From a virus (taxonomy: Duplodnaviria; Caudoviricetes): DNA of 64,000 nucleotides. Within the stretch, counting starts at the first letter, position 1; each line of letters starts with the position of its first letter. This document shows, in pieces, positions 28,530-37,465 of the stretch. The translations under genes and the position numbers were made by a program. The stretch is from IMG/VR virus record IMGVR_UViG_3300017912_002752; one strand, 5' to 3'. Below the pieces are notes generated by a model. It saw only the letters and a program-made list of their open reading frames with translations. It was not told where the DNA came from and searched no databases.

Positions 28530-29808
28530 CTTTCTTCTTCAATTTAGGTAACTTTAATCCTACTTGTGTTGGACCTTCACCAACTTTATATTTTTCAAGT
28601 AATTCACCCAACTTAGTTGTCATGTGTTCTTGTGTAAAATTATCTCTAACAAATTGTCTATTCTTACGAGACATCTCTAATGCTTTCTTATAATTTTTAT
28701 ACACAGATTTCAAAACACCAGTTGCTTGTTGGTGGTCTATCTTAAACCACTTTGAACCTTCGATGTTCCATTTATTTCTTGCTGATTTGTGTACTTCTTC
28801 TATCTTACCACCAACTAAGAAGTTAAATGAAGGATTTAAAAAATCTAAGTGACCACTCCATGCTGATGCAATAATAGGTTTACCACTAATACATGCCTCA
28901 AGTAATGGTCTACCAAATCCTTCACCATGAGTAAACGATACATGAGATTTCACTTTTGGATGATTATATACTGAATTCATTTCGTCATCGGTTAAATCAC
29001 CATCTAATATATAAATATTAGGGAAGTTACTTCCACCAATTCTTCTTTTACATCTTTCAATTATCTTTTTAATTCTATGTATATTTGATATGGAAGGATT
29101 TCCATTATTAGTTTTTAGAATCAACGCAGGTTTACTACCACCTCTAAGATTTGTACCTTTAAATGTATTTAAGAAAACTTTTATTAATGAGTATATATTT
29201 TTTCTATCATGTCCATCATCACCAGGCAACCAATGTCCTACAAATAAGAAACAAAATTGTTCAGGTATTTTTTCAAATACTGATTTAACATTGTTATTAA
29301 TAGGTTTTTTGTTGTCATAGATATTCTTATCAAACCCCTCAAACAAAACCTCAACAGGTTTTTCTAATTTCAATTCACCAATCTTTTGTTTAGTTTGGTC
29401 ATTAAGTTTATCATATACTGCACTTAATGTTCTTGCTGAATGAACGGATGATGTTAGGGTTAAATCCATTCTATTACACCCATCAATAAATTCTGCAGAT
29501 GCATCAGAGGTTTCAATAACTGCAGATACACCAATATTAAAATTACCTACTGGCTGAAATTCACTTGGGATAGTTATCTGAATCCATACTTCTGGTTTCT
29601 GTTCTAAGTTATTGATGATTCTTGAAGTTAAATCACTATCTTCTGGTGTTAATGCATTCATAGGACATTGACCCCATCTTTGAGACAAAATTTTAATATC
29701 CCATTCCTCACCTTTTACATCTATTAAGGACCTAACGAAATCTCTACTTCTTGCTCCATAACCACTTCTTGTAGCTACTGGACAACTAATTACACATAAT
29801 TTTTTCAT
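28522..29808 (-). CDS. glycosyltransferase family 4 (GT-B)
   Basis: SGYG, RKNI, GEGFGRPLLEA, SGHLDF. Confidence 0.88.
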   Translation of the reverse strand: MKKLCVISCPVATRSGYGARSRDFVRSLIDVKGEEWDIKILSQRWGQCPMNALTPEDSDLTSRIINNLEQKPEVWIQITIPSEFQPVGNFNIGVSAVIETSDASAEFIDGCNRMDLTLTSSVHSARTLSAVYDKLNDQTKQKIGELKLEKPVEVLFEGFDKNIYDNKKPINNNVKSVFEKIPEQFCFLFVGHWLPGDDGHDRKNIYSLIKVFLNTFKGTNLRGGSKPALILKTNNGNPSISNIHRIKKIIERCKRRIGGSNFPNIYILDGDLTDDEMNSVYNHPKVKSHVSFTHGEGFGRPLLEACISGKPIIASAWSGHLDFLNPSFNFLVGGKIEEVHKSARNKWNIEGSKWFKIDHQQATGVLKSVYKNYKKALEMSRKNRQFVRDNFTQEHMTTKLGELLEKYKVGEGPTQVGLKLPKLKKKDA

Positions 29809-31217
29809 ACTTTGTAAATATCAAATCTTTGTCTTGGTTTCCAATTTTCTAAACATCCATCAATTGCTTCAATGAATTTTTCACCCATTTTTTCTGATGC
29901 CATGTCACCATCGTTCACAATAAAGTCATGACCTTTTTTACCAGCCTCTTCACATCCATCTCTTCCCTTTTCATACCATCGTTGTATTGCCTCACCAATA
30001 TCTTTATATGAACATCTGTCATCGAAAATGTATGGAGTCAAAGGTGAACCTTGTAGTGATAAGTTAGATGGCCATATAGGTTCTACCCACTCACCCCAAG
30101 TTAATTCATCTATGATAGGATTGTCTTTGTCGTGTAGTGACCCAATCTCAACATAATCATCTGCGGTTAAAAACTTACCATTTCTTTTGAATCCACATTG
30201 GTCTTGTAGTCCACCTGTAACATTGACTACAACAGGAGTACCTGCTCTTAGTGCTTCACAAGAACCTAATCCAAACCCTTCATTGGATGCTACATTTAAA
30301 ACTACATCACATGAATTGTAAAACATATTTAGTTGTTCGGTTGAGAGTTTGTCTGTACTAAACCCTACATTACCAAACTTACAATTCATTTTAGCTAACT
30401 CAGGCATATCAGTACCATTGTCATCAATCGGATTTGTATGCATCCACAATAACATTTTCTTATCGGGGTGTTTTGCTGCAAATTGTTCAAATCCAAGAAT
30501 CACATCACCTGGTACTTTTCTACGAATATTTCTATTACACCACCCAACTATAAAATCATAGTCATTAAGTTTATACTTGTCTTTGTATGCTAATAGATTA
30601 GTGTCTGTAATCTCAAGTGGTTTGAATAATGGTGTTACACCATGTGGTATATATTTGTATGCCCAATCTTCTTTTGCCATATCATACCAATCAAGAGTTC
30701 TTTTGTTGATACCATATGTTTGTTTTGAAATACCTAATAGTAAATCACAACTTGCATAAAATGGTGAATTCCAATGTGGGTCTGGTAAAGAGTCCCAAAT
30801 ATTGTAATACATGATTGGACAAACTTGTCTTACCTCAACTTCCATATCATACAACCATCCCCAAAATCTTGGGTCTGTAAAATGTAATATGGCGTCAGGT
30901 TTTTCTATATTGATTAGTTGTCTTAAGATTTCAGGATTACCATAGCCAGTATTTGCGTATATTTTTAGATGTGCATCTTCTACGCCTGTAAACTTTCTTA
31001 TATCATCGTCCAATATGAATTGTTTTCCGTGGTCAGGATGTTTAAGTGCTGCACCTAACTGAACCCAATCATATTTGTGAATAGTAGATACAACAATCTC
31101 TTTAGATTGTGTTGCGATTCCACTATGTAATCTTAAATCATCTGAGAGTAAAAGTATCTTTGGTTTTTTAGGACCATCATTAGATACCTTTCTTAGTTTT
31201 GGTAGTTCTATACTCAT
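29805..31217 (-). CDS. glycosyltransferase family 4 (GT-B)
   Basis: NRNIRRK, NEGFGLGSCEA, TGGLQDQ. Confidence 0.88.
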   Translation of the reverse strand: MSIELPKLRKVSNDGPKKPKILLLSDDLRLHSGIATQSKEIVVSTIHKYDWVQLGAALKHPDHGKQFILDDDIRKFTGVEDAHLKIYANTGYGNPEILRQLINIEKPDAILHFTDPRFWGWLYDMEVEVRQVCPIMYYNIWDSLPDPHWNSPFYASCDLLLGISKQTYGINKRTLDWYDMAKEDWAYKYIPHGVTPLFKPLEITDTNLLAYKDKYKLNDYDFIVGWCNRNIRRKVPGDVILGFEQFAAKHPDKKMLLWMHTNPIDDNGTDMPELAKMNCKFGNVGFSTDKLSTEQLNMFYNSCDVVLNVASNEGFGLGSCEALRAGTPVVVNVTGGLQDQCGFKRNGKFLTADDYVEIGSLHDKDNPIIDELTWGEWVEPIWPSNLSLQGSPLTPYIFDDRCSYKDIGEAIQRWYEKGRDGCEEAGKKGHDFIVNDGDMASEKMGEKFIEAIDGCLENWKPRQRFDIYKV

Positions 31218-31267
31218 TCTATAACTTCTTCTTTTTTATTTAACTATAAATATACAAAAAATATTTA

Positions 31268-31612
31268 TTAAATCCTATTATATTCATCAGAAATTCTAAC
31301 AATATCATCTTCACCGAAATATGTACCTGTTTGAACTTCTATAAACTCAACGGGTTCATCAGTTTCGTTCCATGCTCTGTGTTTTGCACCTTTTGGTATT
31401 CTGATGGATTCCCCGTATTCTCTAAATACCTTTTCGTCATCTAAAACTATTGTTAGATTACCTTTCGTAACAATCCAACATTCTTGTCTTAAAAGATGAT
31501 ATTGATACGATAATTTTTGTCCTGGATTTACTGTAATCCTTTTTACTTTTGTTGTTGGGTCATCTAATAGTACCTCGTACTTTCCCCATGGTCTTTCATC
31601 TATTTCATTCAT
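31268..31612 (-). CDS. cupin, type II mannose-6-phosphate isomerase C-terminal domain
   Basis: RPWGKY, VKRITVNPG, LSYQYH, IEVQTGTYFGEDDIVR. Confidence 0.9.
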   Translation of the reverse strand: MNEIDERPWGKYEVLLDDPTTKVKRITVNPGQKLSYQYHLLRQECWIVTKGNLTIVLDDEKVFREYGESIRIPKGAKHRAWNETDEPVEFIEVQTGTYFGEDDIVRISDEYNRI

Positions 31613-32004
31613 TGTACAAAACTTGCCTTCTTTTTCCATCTATTTAACAATCTGTTAAAGTGATTAAATTCTTTTCTTGTAATTTCACCGAAATAAACTA
31701 TTTTGTCTGAGTTGTGTACAATACAATCATATTGATGAAGTGGTTGTGTTGGATGATATGGTCTATCATAATATTCATCGTCCATTCCACTATATAATGT
31801 TCTTGAGGTATGTGCAGGATTAAATTCAATATACTTTAGATTCATTTCTAATGCATATTTACGAACCCATTTTTCTACACCATTCTTTTTTCCTCTTGTG
31901 ATAATTGTTAAATCCTCACCAAACTTTTGTTTTAATTTAAAAATGGTCTCTTTTAGTTCACCTCTATTCTCGTATTTTTCATCCCCTATAAGAGCTATCT
32001 TCAT
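31609..32004 (-). CDS. SLOG/DUF2493-like protein
   Basis: MKIALIG...IITRG...GVEKWVRKYA; likely start 32004. Confidence 0.55.
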   Translation of the reverse strand: MKIALIGDEKYENRGELKETIFKLKQKFGEDLTIITRGKKNGVEKWVRKYALEMNLKYIEFNPAHTSRTLYSGMDDEYYDRPYHPTQPLHQYDCIVHNSDKIVYFGEITRKEFNHFNRLLNRWKKKASFVQ

Positions 32005-32488
32005 TTTTATTAAGTGTGTTTTGTACCTTTTTCCAATACTTTTTAGTTTGTTTCTTCTGTAATCCCTTCGGACCACCATTCCAGCACCTAGCGATTTCTT
32101 CATATGAACTCTCTTTGTGATAATAGTCTACAAACACATAAAACATTTCAATGGACTTTTCTTTGTCCCATCTATCGTCAAGTGTATAAAATCTATCATC
32201 TTTGTTTAGGTTTAATATTCTGTTTACATCATTTACCATGATAGGTCTAATTTGTAAAATTCCTGCAGCGTTTTCTCTTTTTGCATATGCGTCTTCTTTA
32301 CCTTTAGACTCTACCCATACCATTGCCTCGACTAAGTCATCGACATTTCTTACAATGGGTGCTATTTTAATTTCTTTTTGTTCAATTTTTATTTCTTCAA
32401 TTGGTAATGTCTCTATTTCATATACCATATCGGGTGAGTTTACCGAAGTACACAACAACCCCATCAACATTATTGAAAAATTTCTCAT
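31979..32488 (-). CDS. lysozyme-like/lytic transglycosylase with N-terminal signal
   Basis: VES catalytic Glu, AAGILQI, ARCWNGGP. Confidence 0.8.
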   Translation of the reverse strand: MRNFSIMLMGLLCTSVNSPDMVYEIETLPIEEIKIEQKEIKIAPIVRNVDDLVEAMVWVESKGKEDAYAKRENAAGILQIRPIMVNDVNRILNLNKDDRFYTLDDRWDKEKSIEMFYVFVDYYHKESSYEEIARCWNGGPKGLQKKQTKKYWKKVQNTLNKNEDSSYRG

Positions 32489-33435
32489 ACATTTTTTATT
32501 CGTTCAACTTTGGGACATAATTCAGATGTCTTAAAAGGACACCACTTACAATTCTTATTATTTTTACCTGCCATCGCAGGAAAGTCCCCTTCTGAATTGT
32601 AAGAACCATCATCATTGAAAGCCACATCAATAAACTCATCAAAGTTTTTTACAATTTTATTTAATGTTGGTTTTCCATGTGCTGGTACAAATTCTTGTAC
32701 TCTTTGTTGAGCAAACATGGCCTCTTCCCATAGTTTCCTCTTTACTATAAAGTATCTAACTTGTATCTTTTCTATCGGATATCCGTATTGTTCTGAGAAA
32801 AACTTTTTGTATAAAACCAACTGAGCCGTTTTAGTTTTATCAGCTTTCTGCCACTTATTCCATCCTCTCGTGGATGTTTTGATATCCCAAATCTCTATTG
32901 TATTATCTGCCAGATTCTCAAATACTAAGTCTAAGAATCCTTTCATCATAATATTTTCGTTTGATTCTGACGCTGGGTAGTATATTGGTAATTCAACACC
33001 AACTAATCTCATAGTCCTTGTTGAAAAATACTTTGCTCTGTTCTTTCTTAAGAAATCCAATATCTGAATACCATCATCGTAGAACTCATTCATTTCATCT
33101 TTGGTAGTAAACTTTACTCCATAGATTGCCATCATCTTTTTGTACTCTTTAGCCATTTCTTCTAAGAGTAACTTTTCCAAGTCCATGTCGTTTGCTTTCA
33201 CCGCAGAATCATTATACATGACTTGTAACCATGCTTGAATAGTCTCGTGCATGGCAGTACCAAATACAAGATGTATGGATGGGTCAAAGTCTTTGTGACC
33301 ATCCATATATGTAAGTTTCCATTGTTTAGGACAATTTGCCCACATTGTATATTGTGAGTAGGAAACCTTTACATCATCCTTCCCCTCTTTATGTACGGGG
33401 AAATTAAATATATTGGATACCATTGATTTTTTCAT
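32485..33435 (-). CDS. PD-(D/E)XK RecB-like nuclease
   Basis: SYSQ...CP, FGTAMHE, GFLDL, DIKTS, QLVLY, CKWCPF...C. Confidence 0.88.
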   Translation of the reverse strand: MKKSMVSNIFNFPVHKEGKDDVKVSYSQYTMWANCPKQWKLTYMDGHKDFDPSIHLVFGTAMHETIQAWLQVMYNDSAVKANDMDLEKLLLEEMAKEYKKMMAIYGVKFTTKDEMNEFYDDGIQILDFLRKNRAKYFSTRTMRLVGVELPIYYPASESNENIMMKGFLDLVFENLADNTIEIWDIKTSTRGWNKWQKADKTKTAQLVLYKKFFSEQYGYPIEKIQVRYFIVKRKLWEEAMFAQQRVQEFVPAHGKPTLNKIVKNFDEFIDVAFNDDGSYNSEGDFPAMAGKNNKNCKWCPFKTSELCPKVERIKNV

Positions 33436-33440
33436 CTACC

Positions 33441-33496
33441 TAAAGATAAGAAAAAGACTTGGAATCGCCAAATCTTTTATGTTAAATAATTGTTAA
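33441..33496 (-). promoter_or_regulatory. promoter with TTAACA direct repeat
   Basis: TTAACA-N5-TTAACA-N7-TTTG-N20-TATCTTTA. Confidence 0.8.
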
Positions 33497-33499
33497 ATT

Positions 33500-33910
33500 T
33501 TACTTAGCCCACTTCTTTCTTTGGACTATCTGTGCTATAATTCCATAAACACTCATATCTTCGTAAGTATCTTGAATGTTTTCACCAACCTCATCTGGCT
33601 GACCTAAAACTACTAATTGTTTTAGTCTTTGGATTTTATCATTCATTCTAAACCATAAACCTGTTAGTGATATTTTTATTTCATCATCAGTTTGTAAATT
33701 AGTTCCAACTGATATGTTATCAGGTCCATAATTTCTTTGCTTTTTACAGAATGTTTCATACATTTCTTCTTGAATCTTTTTAAATTCATTTGTAGTATTT
33801 GGATACATTCTTTCACAATACTCTATTGCGGTCTCATCTACATTTCTATTCTCTACTCTCTCACCTTGCCACTCTACTTTATTTTTTCTATCTTTTATTG
33901 TTTGAGCCAT
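33500..33910 (-). CDS. DUF1599 / nucleotide modification-associated domain 1 protein
   Basis: KKQRNYG, RMNDKIQRL, ENIQDTYEDMSVYGII. Confidence 0.75.
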   Translation of the reverse strand: MAQTIKDRKNKVEWQGERVENRNVDETAIEYCERMYPNTTNEFKKIQEEMYETFCKKQRNYGPDNISVGTNLQTDDEIKISLTGLWFRMNDKIQRLKQLVVLGQPDEVGENIQDTYEDMSVYGIIAQIVQRKKWAK

Positions 33911-34341
33911 TTCTTTATTTCTTTTTTATCTAAACCATATTTTAACAATATTTCTGTAATATCGTCTTTGCTTAATATCTCAAGATAATCTCTAACTTCT
34001 CTTTGAGATACTTGATAATATTTTGCAAGATATTCTAAAACATTAGAATTATATTTGTCATCCTTTTTACCTTTTATGTATTTGTCAAATGACCTTCTTT
34101 TTGGTAAAAAGTCAAGGTACATTTTATAAACATCTCTTGGACTGAGTTGACCAATAGTAAACTTTTGAAGCTCGTTTACCAACTCCAATAGTCCCATATT
34201 CATAGAAAGAAACCTATTAACCATAAATGGTTCAAAGGTTTTTTTATCCATAACTGAAAGACTATCCCAAGGAGTTTTACTTTCCTTAAGTCCAGATAGA
34301 TGTTGAAATAATGTTTTAGCCTTCTTCGTTGACGCCATCAA
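33895..34341 (-). CDS. clamp loader small subunit (gp62-like)
   Basis: PFMVNRFLSM, YLAKYYQVSQRE; position near clamp loader ATPase. Confidence 0.7.
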   Translation of the reverse strand: MMASTKKAKTLFQHLSGLKESKTPWDSLSVMDKKTFEPFMVNRFLSMNMGLLELVNELQKFTIGQLSPRDVYKMYLDFLPKRRSFDKYIKGKKDDKYNSNVLEYLAKYYQVSQREVRDYLEILSKDDITEILLKYGLDKKEIKKWLKQ

Positions 34342-34606
34342 TCAATTCCTTTGGTGTAAATTTAGGATGAACAGTTCCACAATTGTTACACAATACAATT
34401 GGTATTGGTAACATTGACGCTTGACCTGATGGTGATTGAACCGCAGGTACTTCTTTGTACATGGTTACTTCATCAAAAAATATCCCACCACATTCAGGAC
34501 ATTTCACTGTCTCTAACTTTCTTGGGTCAAGTTTTAATTGAGGTTGTTGTTGTTGTGAATTTGGTTTACCAAAGTTGACAACTTTTCCTTTTCCTTTTTT
34601 TGCCAT
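34316..34606 (-). CDS. zinc-ribbon protein
   Basis: CPECG...CNNCG. Confidence 0.7.
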   Translation of the reverse strand: MAKKGKGKVVNFGKPNSQQQQPQLKLDPRKLETVKCPECGGIFFDEVTMYKEVPAVQSPSGQASMLPIPIVLCNNCGTVHPKFTPKELIDGVNEEG

Positions 34607-34608
34607 AA

Positions 34609-35529
34609 TTACTTTCCTAATGTCATTAAAATATTTAATATCATAGCCATCACATTGATTTCTTTATCAACGACCATTGAGTCTTTATATTGACCATCGG
34701 CTATATTCAAAATCGTGTGTCCAACTTTACCACTTGCATATGAATCTACTTCATCATAAAGTGCTCTATATAATGGTGTAAAATCTTTCACTTTAGAGTC
34801 TGCAATAATTTGTCTTATAGTATTGAACTTTGTTTTCATTTCACCACTATCTTGTAAAACTTTAATTACATCCTCGGTGTAGTTTGCCTGAATCGTAGAT
34901 GTAGTATCTATTTTTAACTCACCTTTGACAACTTGTCTTTGTGCCGAGTTCAATACTCTACGAATATCAGGGTAACCACTATTGACCAAAATTGCTAAGT
35001 CTTCTTTTTCAAACTTAACTGATTCCTCGTTTAATATATCAAACAATCTTTTAGCAACTTCCTTCTTTGAAGGTGGTGTTATTGCGAATGTCTGACAACG
35101 AGATTGGATTGGGTCAATAATTTTTTCTACATAGTTACAAGTTAAAATGAACCTTGTAGATTTACTAAAAGTTTCCATTAGATTACGAAGAGCTGCTTGA
35201 GCATTTGGTGTCAAATAGTCTGCTTCATCTAATATAATAACTTTCCACTTTCTGAAACCCATGGATGATGCGAATCCACGAATCTTATCACGGACTGCAT
35301 CAACAGAGTTTTCATCAGAAGCGTTGATATACATCAAATCACAATCAATCTGATTAGTGATTATCTTTGCGAGGGTAGTCTTACCTGTTCCTGCAACTCC
35401 ATAGAGTAACAAGTGTGGTACATCCTCATTCTCAATGTATATCTTTACTTTGTCTAAGATATGTTGATTACCAACATAACCATCTAATGTATCGGGTCTA
35501 TACTTTTCAACCCATAGTGAATTACTCAT
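34609..35529 (-). CDS. clamp loader AAA+ subunit (RFC/gp44-like)
   Basis: LWVEKYRP, GVAGTGKT, DEAD, SRC. Confidence 0.95.
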   Translation of the reverse strand: MSNSLWVEKYRPDTLDGYVGNQHILDKVKIYIENEDVPHLLLYGVAGTGKTTLAKIITNQIDCDLMYINASDENSVDAVRDKIRGFASSMGFRKWKVIILDEADYLTPNAQAALRNLMETFSKSTRFILTCNYVEKIIDPIQSRCQTFAITPPSKKEVAKRLFDILNEESVKFEKEDLAILVNSGYPDIRRVLNSAQRQVVKGELKIDTTSTIQANYTEDVIKVLQDSGEMKTKFNTIRQIIADSKVKDFTPLYRALYDEVDSYASGKVGHTILNIADGQYKDSMVVDKEINVMAMILNILMTLGK

Positions 35530-36716
35530 CTACCTACTTCTTTTAAATATGTTTCTTTTGCTTTGTCCCAACTCATTCCAATAATATCCATGTAATACAA
35601 TGTATCTGGTTTCAATCTGTTTTCATCGTGTAACTTAGTGTATCTTCTGATAGCTTTCTTTTTCCACCATCTGATTGTGTAATCGTCACCTTCTTCAAAC
35701 TTCTTCTTCATCTTAAGTTGACTTTCATCAATCTCATTTCTAAGAAATTCATTTCCGTTGTCATACATCATTGCGAAGTAAACACCTCTTTTGAATCCAT
35801 GTTGATATTGTGTACTTTTGATTCCTAACTCTTTAAAAATCATAGACAATATTCTTTGCTTGATACCAGATACAGGTCCTTGAATACCTTCTTTTTGAGT
35901 TGTAACTTTTTTATATTCTTCGGATTTGTTTTCTTTAATCCATTGATGCCAGATATCGTAAAATTCATTATCAGGTTTAGTGGAAACTTTACCTGTTGAT
36001 TCACCTAATGTTTTGAAGTGTGGGATTCCATTATACTGAGAATGGATTCCATAAAGAGAAGTTGTGCCAACTGCTATAAGAGTTTGTCCATACTTTTCTT
36101 TCCACAAGTCTCTGAATGTAGGTGAGGTTGTTAATGCTGATACAAGTTTACCACCTAAGAAATTATATCCTAAAGGTTGTGTTGCGATGATAGATGTTCC
36201 AATCGTAGTATGATTTAACTTACCATCTTTAAACTTATTCTCTTTATCCCAACCAATGTATTTATCACGGACACCTAAAGATGTTACATCAGAACCAAGA
36301 GATATTACACCAAGGACTTTACCACTTTTTCGGTCTTTAGCAAATGCTTTTATATTACGACCAGGATTAGCAGTAAATTCCATAGATGAAATACACTTAC
36401 GAATGTCAGTCCACTTCGCAGTGCCTGATGAATCTGTAATTAACTCAACATAAGGTTCTAACTCCTCAATCTCTTTGATTGTTAGTTCCTTATTGTAAAT
36501 GTCAGTCGGAGTCCAAATCATATCAAAAGACTTTGCAAGACTTGGTTTTCTTGCCATAGACTTTGGTAAATCTGAATTCCATTCCTGCCACTTTTTGTAA
36601 AGAGTTTGTTCTTCGACAGGCATAGTAGACAAATACTCCATGTTGTCAATGAATCGTTTTCTCTCTACATCGTAGTCAAAAACAGGTTTCGCTGGTTCTG
36701 TATCCCAAAATTGCAT
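35526..36716 (-). CDS. DUF4338/DruA-like protein (Mom/GNAT-related)
   Basis: PGRN, RDKYIGW, PLGYNFLGGKL, TTSLYG...SQYN, LGESTG. Confidence 0.7.
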   Translation of the reverse strand: MQFWDTEPAKPVFDYDVERKRFIDNMEYLSTMPVEEQTLYKKWQEWNSDLPKSMARKPSLAKSFDMIWTPTDIYNKELTIKEIEELEPYVELITDSSGTAKWTDIRKCISSMEFTANPGRNIKAFAKDRKSGKVLGVISLGSDVTSLGVRDKYIGWDKENKFKDGKLNHTTIGTSIIATQPLGYNFLGGKLVSALTTSPTFRDLWKEKYGQTLIAVGTTSLYGIHSQYNGIPHFKTLGESTGKVSTKPDNEFYDIWHQWIKENKSEEYKKVTTQKEGIQGPVSGIKQRILSMIFKELGIKSTQYQHGFKRGVYFAMMYDNGNEFLRNEIDESQLKMKKKFEEGDDYTIRWWKKKAIRRYTKLHDENRLKPDTLYYMDIIGMSWDKAKETYLKEVGR

Positions 36717-37411
36717 TACTTAATCTCTACTAAATAATAGTTAGACTTAAATCCATCATTCTCAAATGAGACATGAGCTAATCCACTTGGTGAAATCTTC
36801 AATGAAGATGATTTTGCACCTTTGTTAGCATTAAGGATTTCTTTTAAGTATTTTGCTGAGAATGAAATTGGTTCTACATCACCATCACATTCACACTCTA
36901 CATTAATAGAAATTCTGTTAGAGTTAATCTTTGAGTAACCTAAGATTACTTCACCTTTGTCACCTTTACAACTGAATGTAAATGTATCTGAATCAGATAA
37001 TGCACCTTTTGATTTTACAAACTTGTTTACAAAATCATTGTCCATCTTGATTGTAGATGTAAACTCAGGTAATTGTTTTAAATCTGGCACAACAGGTATA
37101 ACAGATAAATCAGCCAACATATAGTTTACTGAAGTTCCTTTATCTGAGAATACAAGTGATGCGTCACCTTCGTTTACATCAATGTCAGAATCTAATACAG
37201 TTAGTAATCCTTTTAATTGAGAGGTAGTGTAAACACCAAACTCACCACTTGGGAAGTCTTTGTTATCACTACTTACATTTCCTAATAGGGTCTTATCATC
37301 AGAAATAAATTTGACAGATAATCCCTCTTCTGTTGAATCAATTTTAACTGATTCGACTTCACCACCCAAGTTGTAACGAGTAATGAAACCTTCAAACGAG
37401 CTTTTTTTCAT
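36716..37411 (-). CDS. sliding clamp (gp45-like)
   Basis: 231 aa, EFGVY and FSAKYLKEIL; sits between PolB and clamp loader. Confidence 0.75.
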   Translation of the reverse strand: MKKSSFEGFITRYNLGGEVESVKIDSTEEGLSVKFISDDKTLLGNVSSDNKDFPSGEFGVYTTSQLKGLLTVLDSDIDVNEGDASLVFSDKGTSVNYMLADLSVIPVVPDLKQLPEFTSTIKMDNDFVNKFVKSKGALSDSDTFTFSCKGDKGEVILGYSKINSNRISINVECECDGDVEPISFSAKYLKEILNANKGAKSSSLKISPSGLAHVSFENDGFKSNYYLVEIK

Positions 37412-37433
37412 AATTTACTATTGTTTATTTTTA

Positions 37434-37465
37434 TTAATATACGAAATTTATTTTTAAAATCCAAA
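37434..37465 (-). promoter_or_regulatory. Bacteroidota-type promoter
   Basis: TTTG-N20-TATATTAA. Confidence 0.7.

Noticed and set aside
32485-33435. CRISPR Cas4 adaptation gene
   Set aside because: Generic phage PD-(D/E)XK nuclease; no cas1, cas2 or array in the window
35526-36716. Druantia anti-phage system
   Set aside because: Only a DruA/DUF4338-like gene; no large DruE helicase or other Dru genes, and the context is a phage replisome
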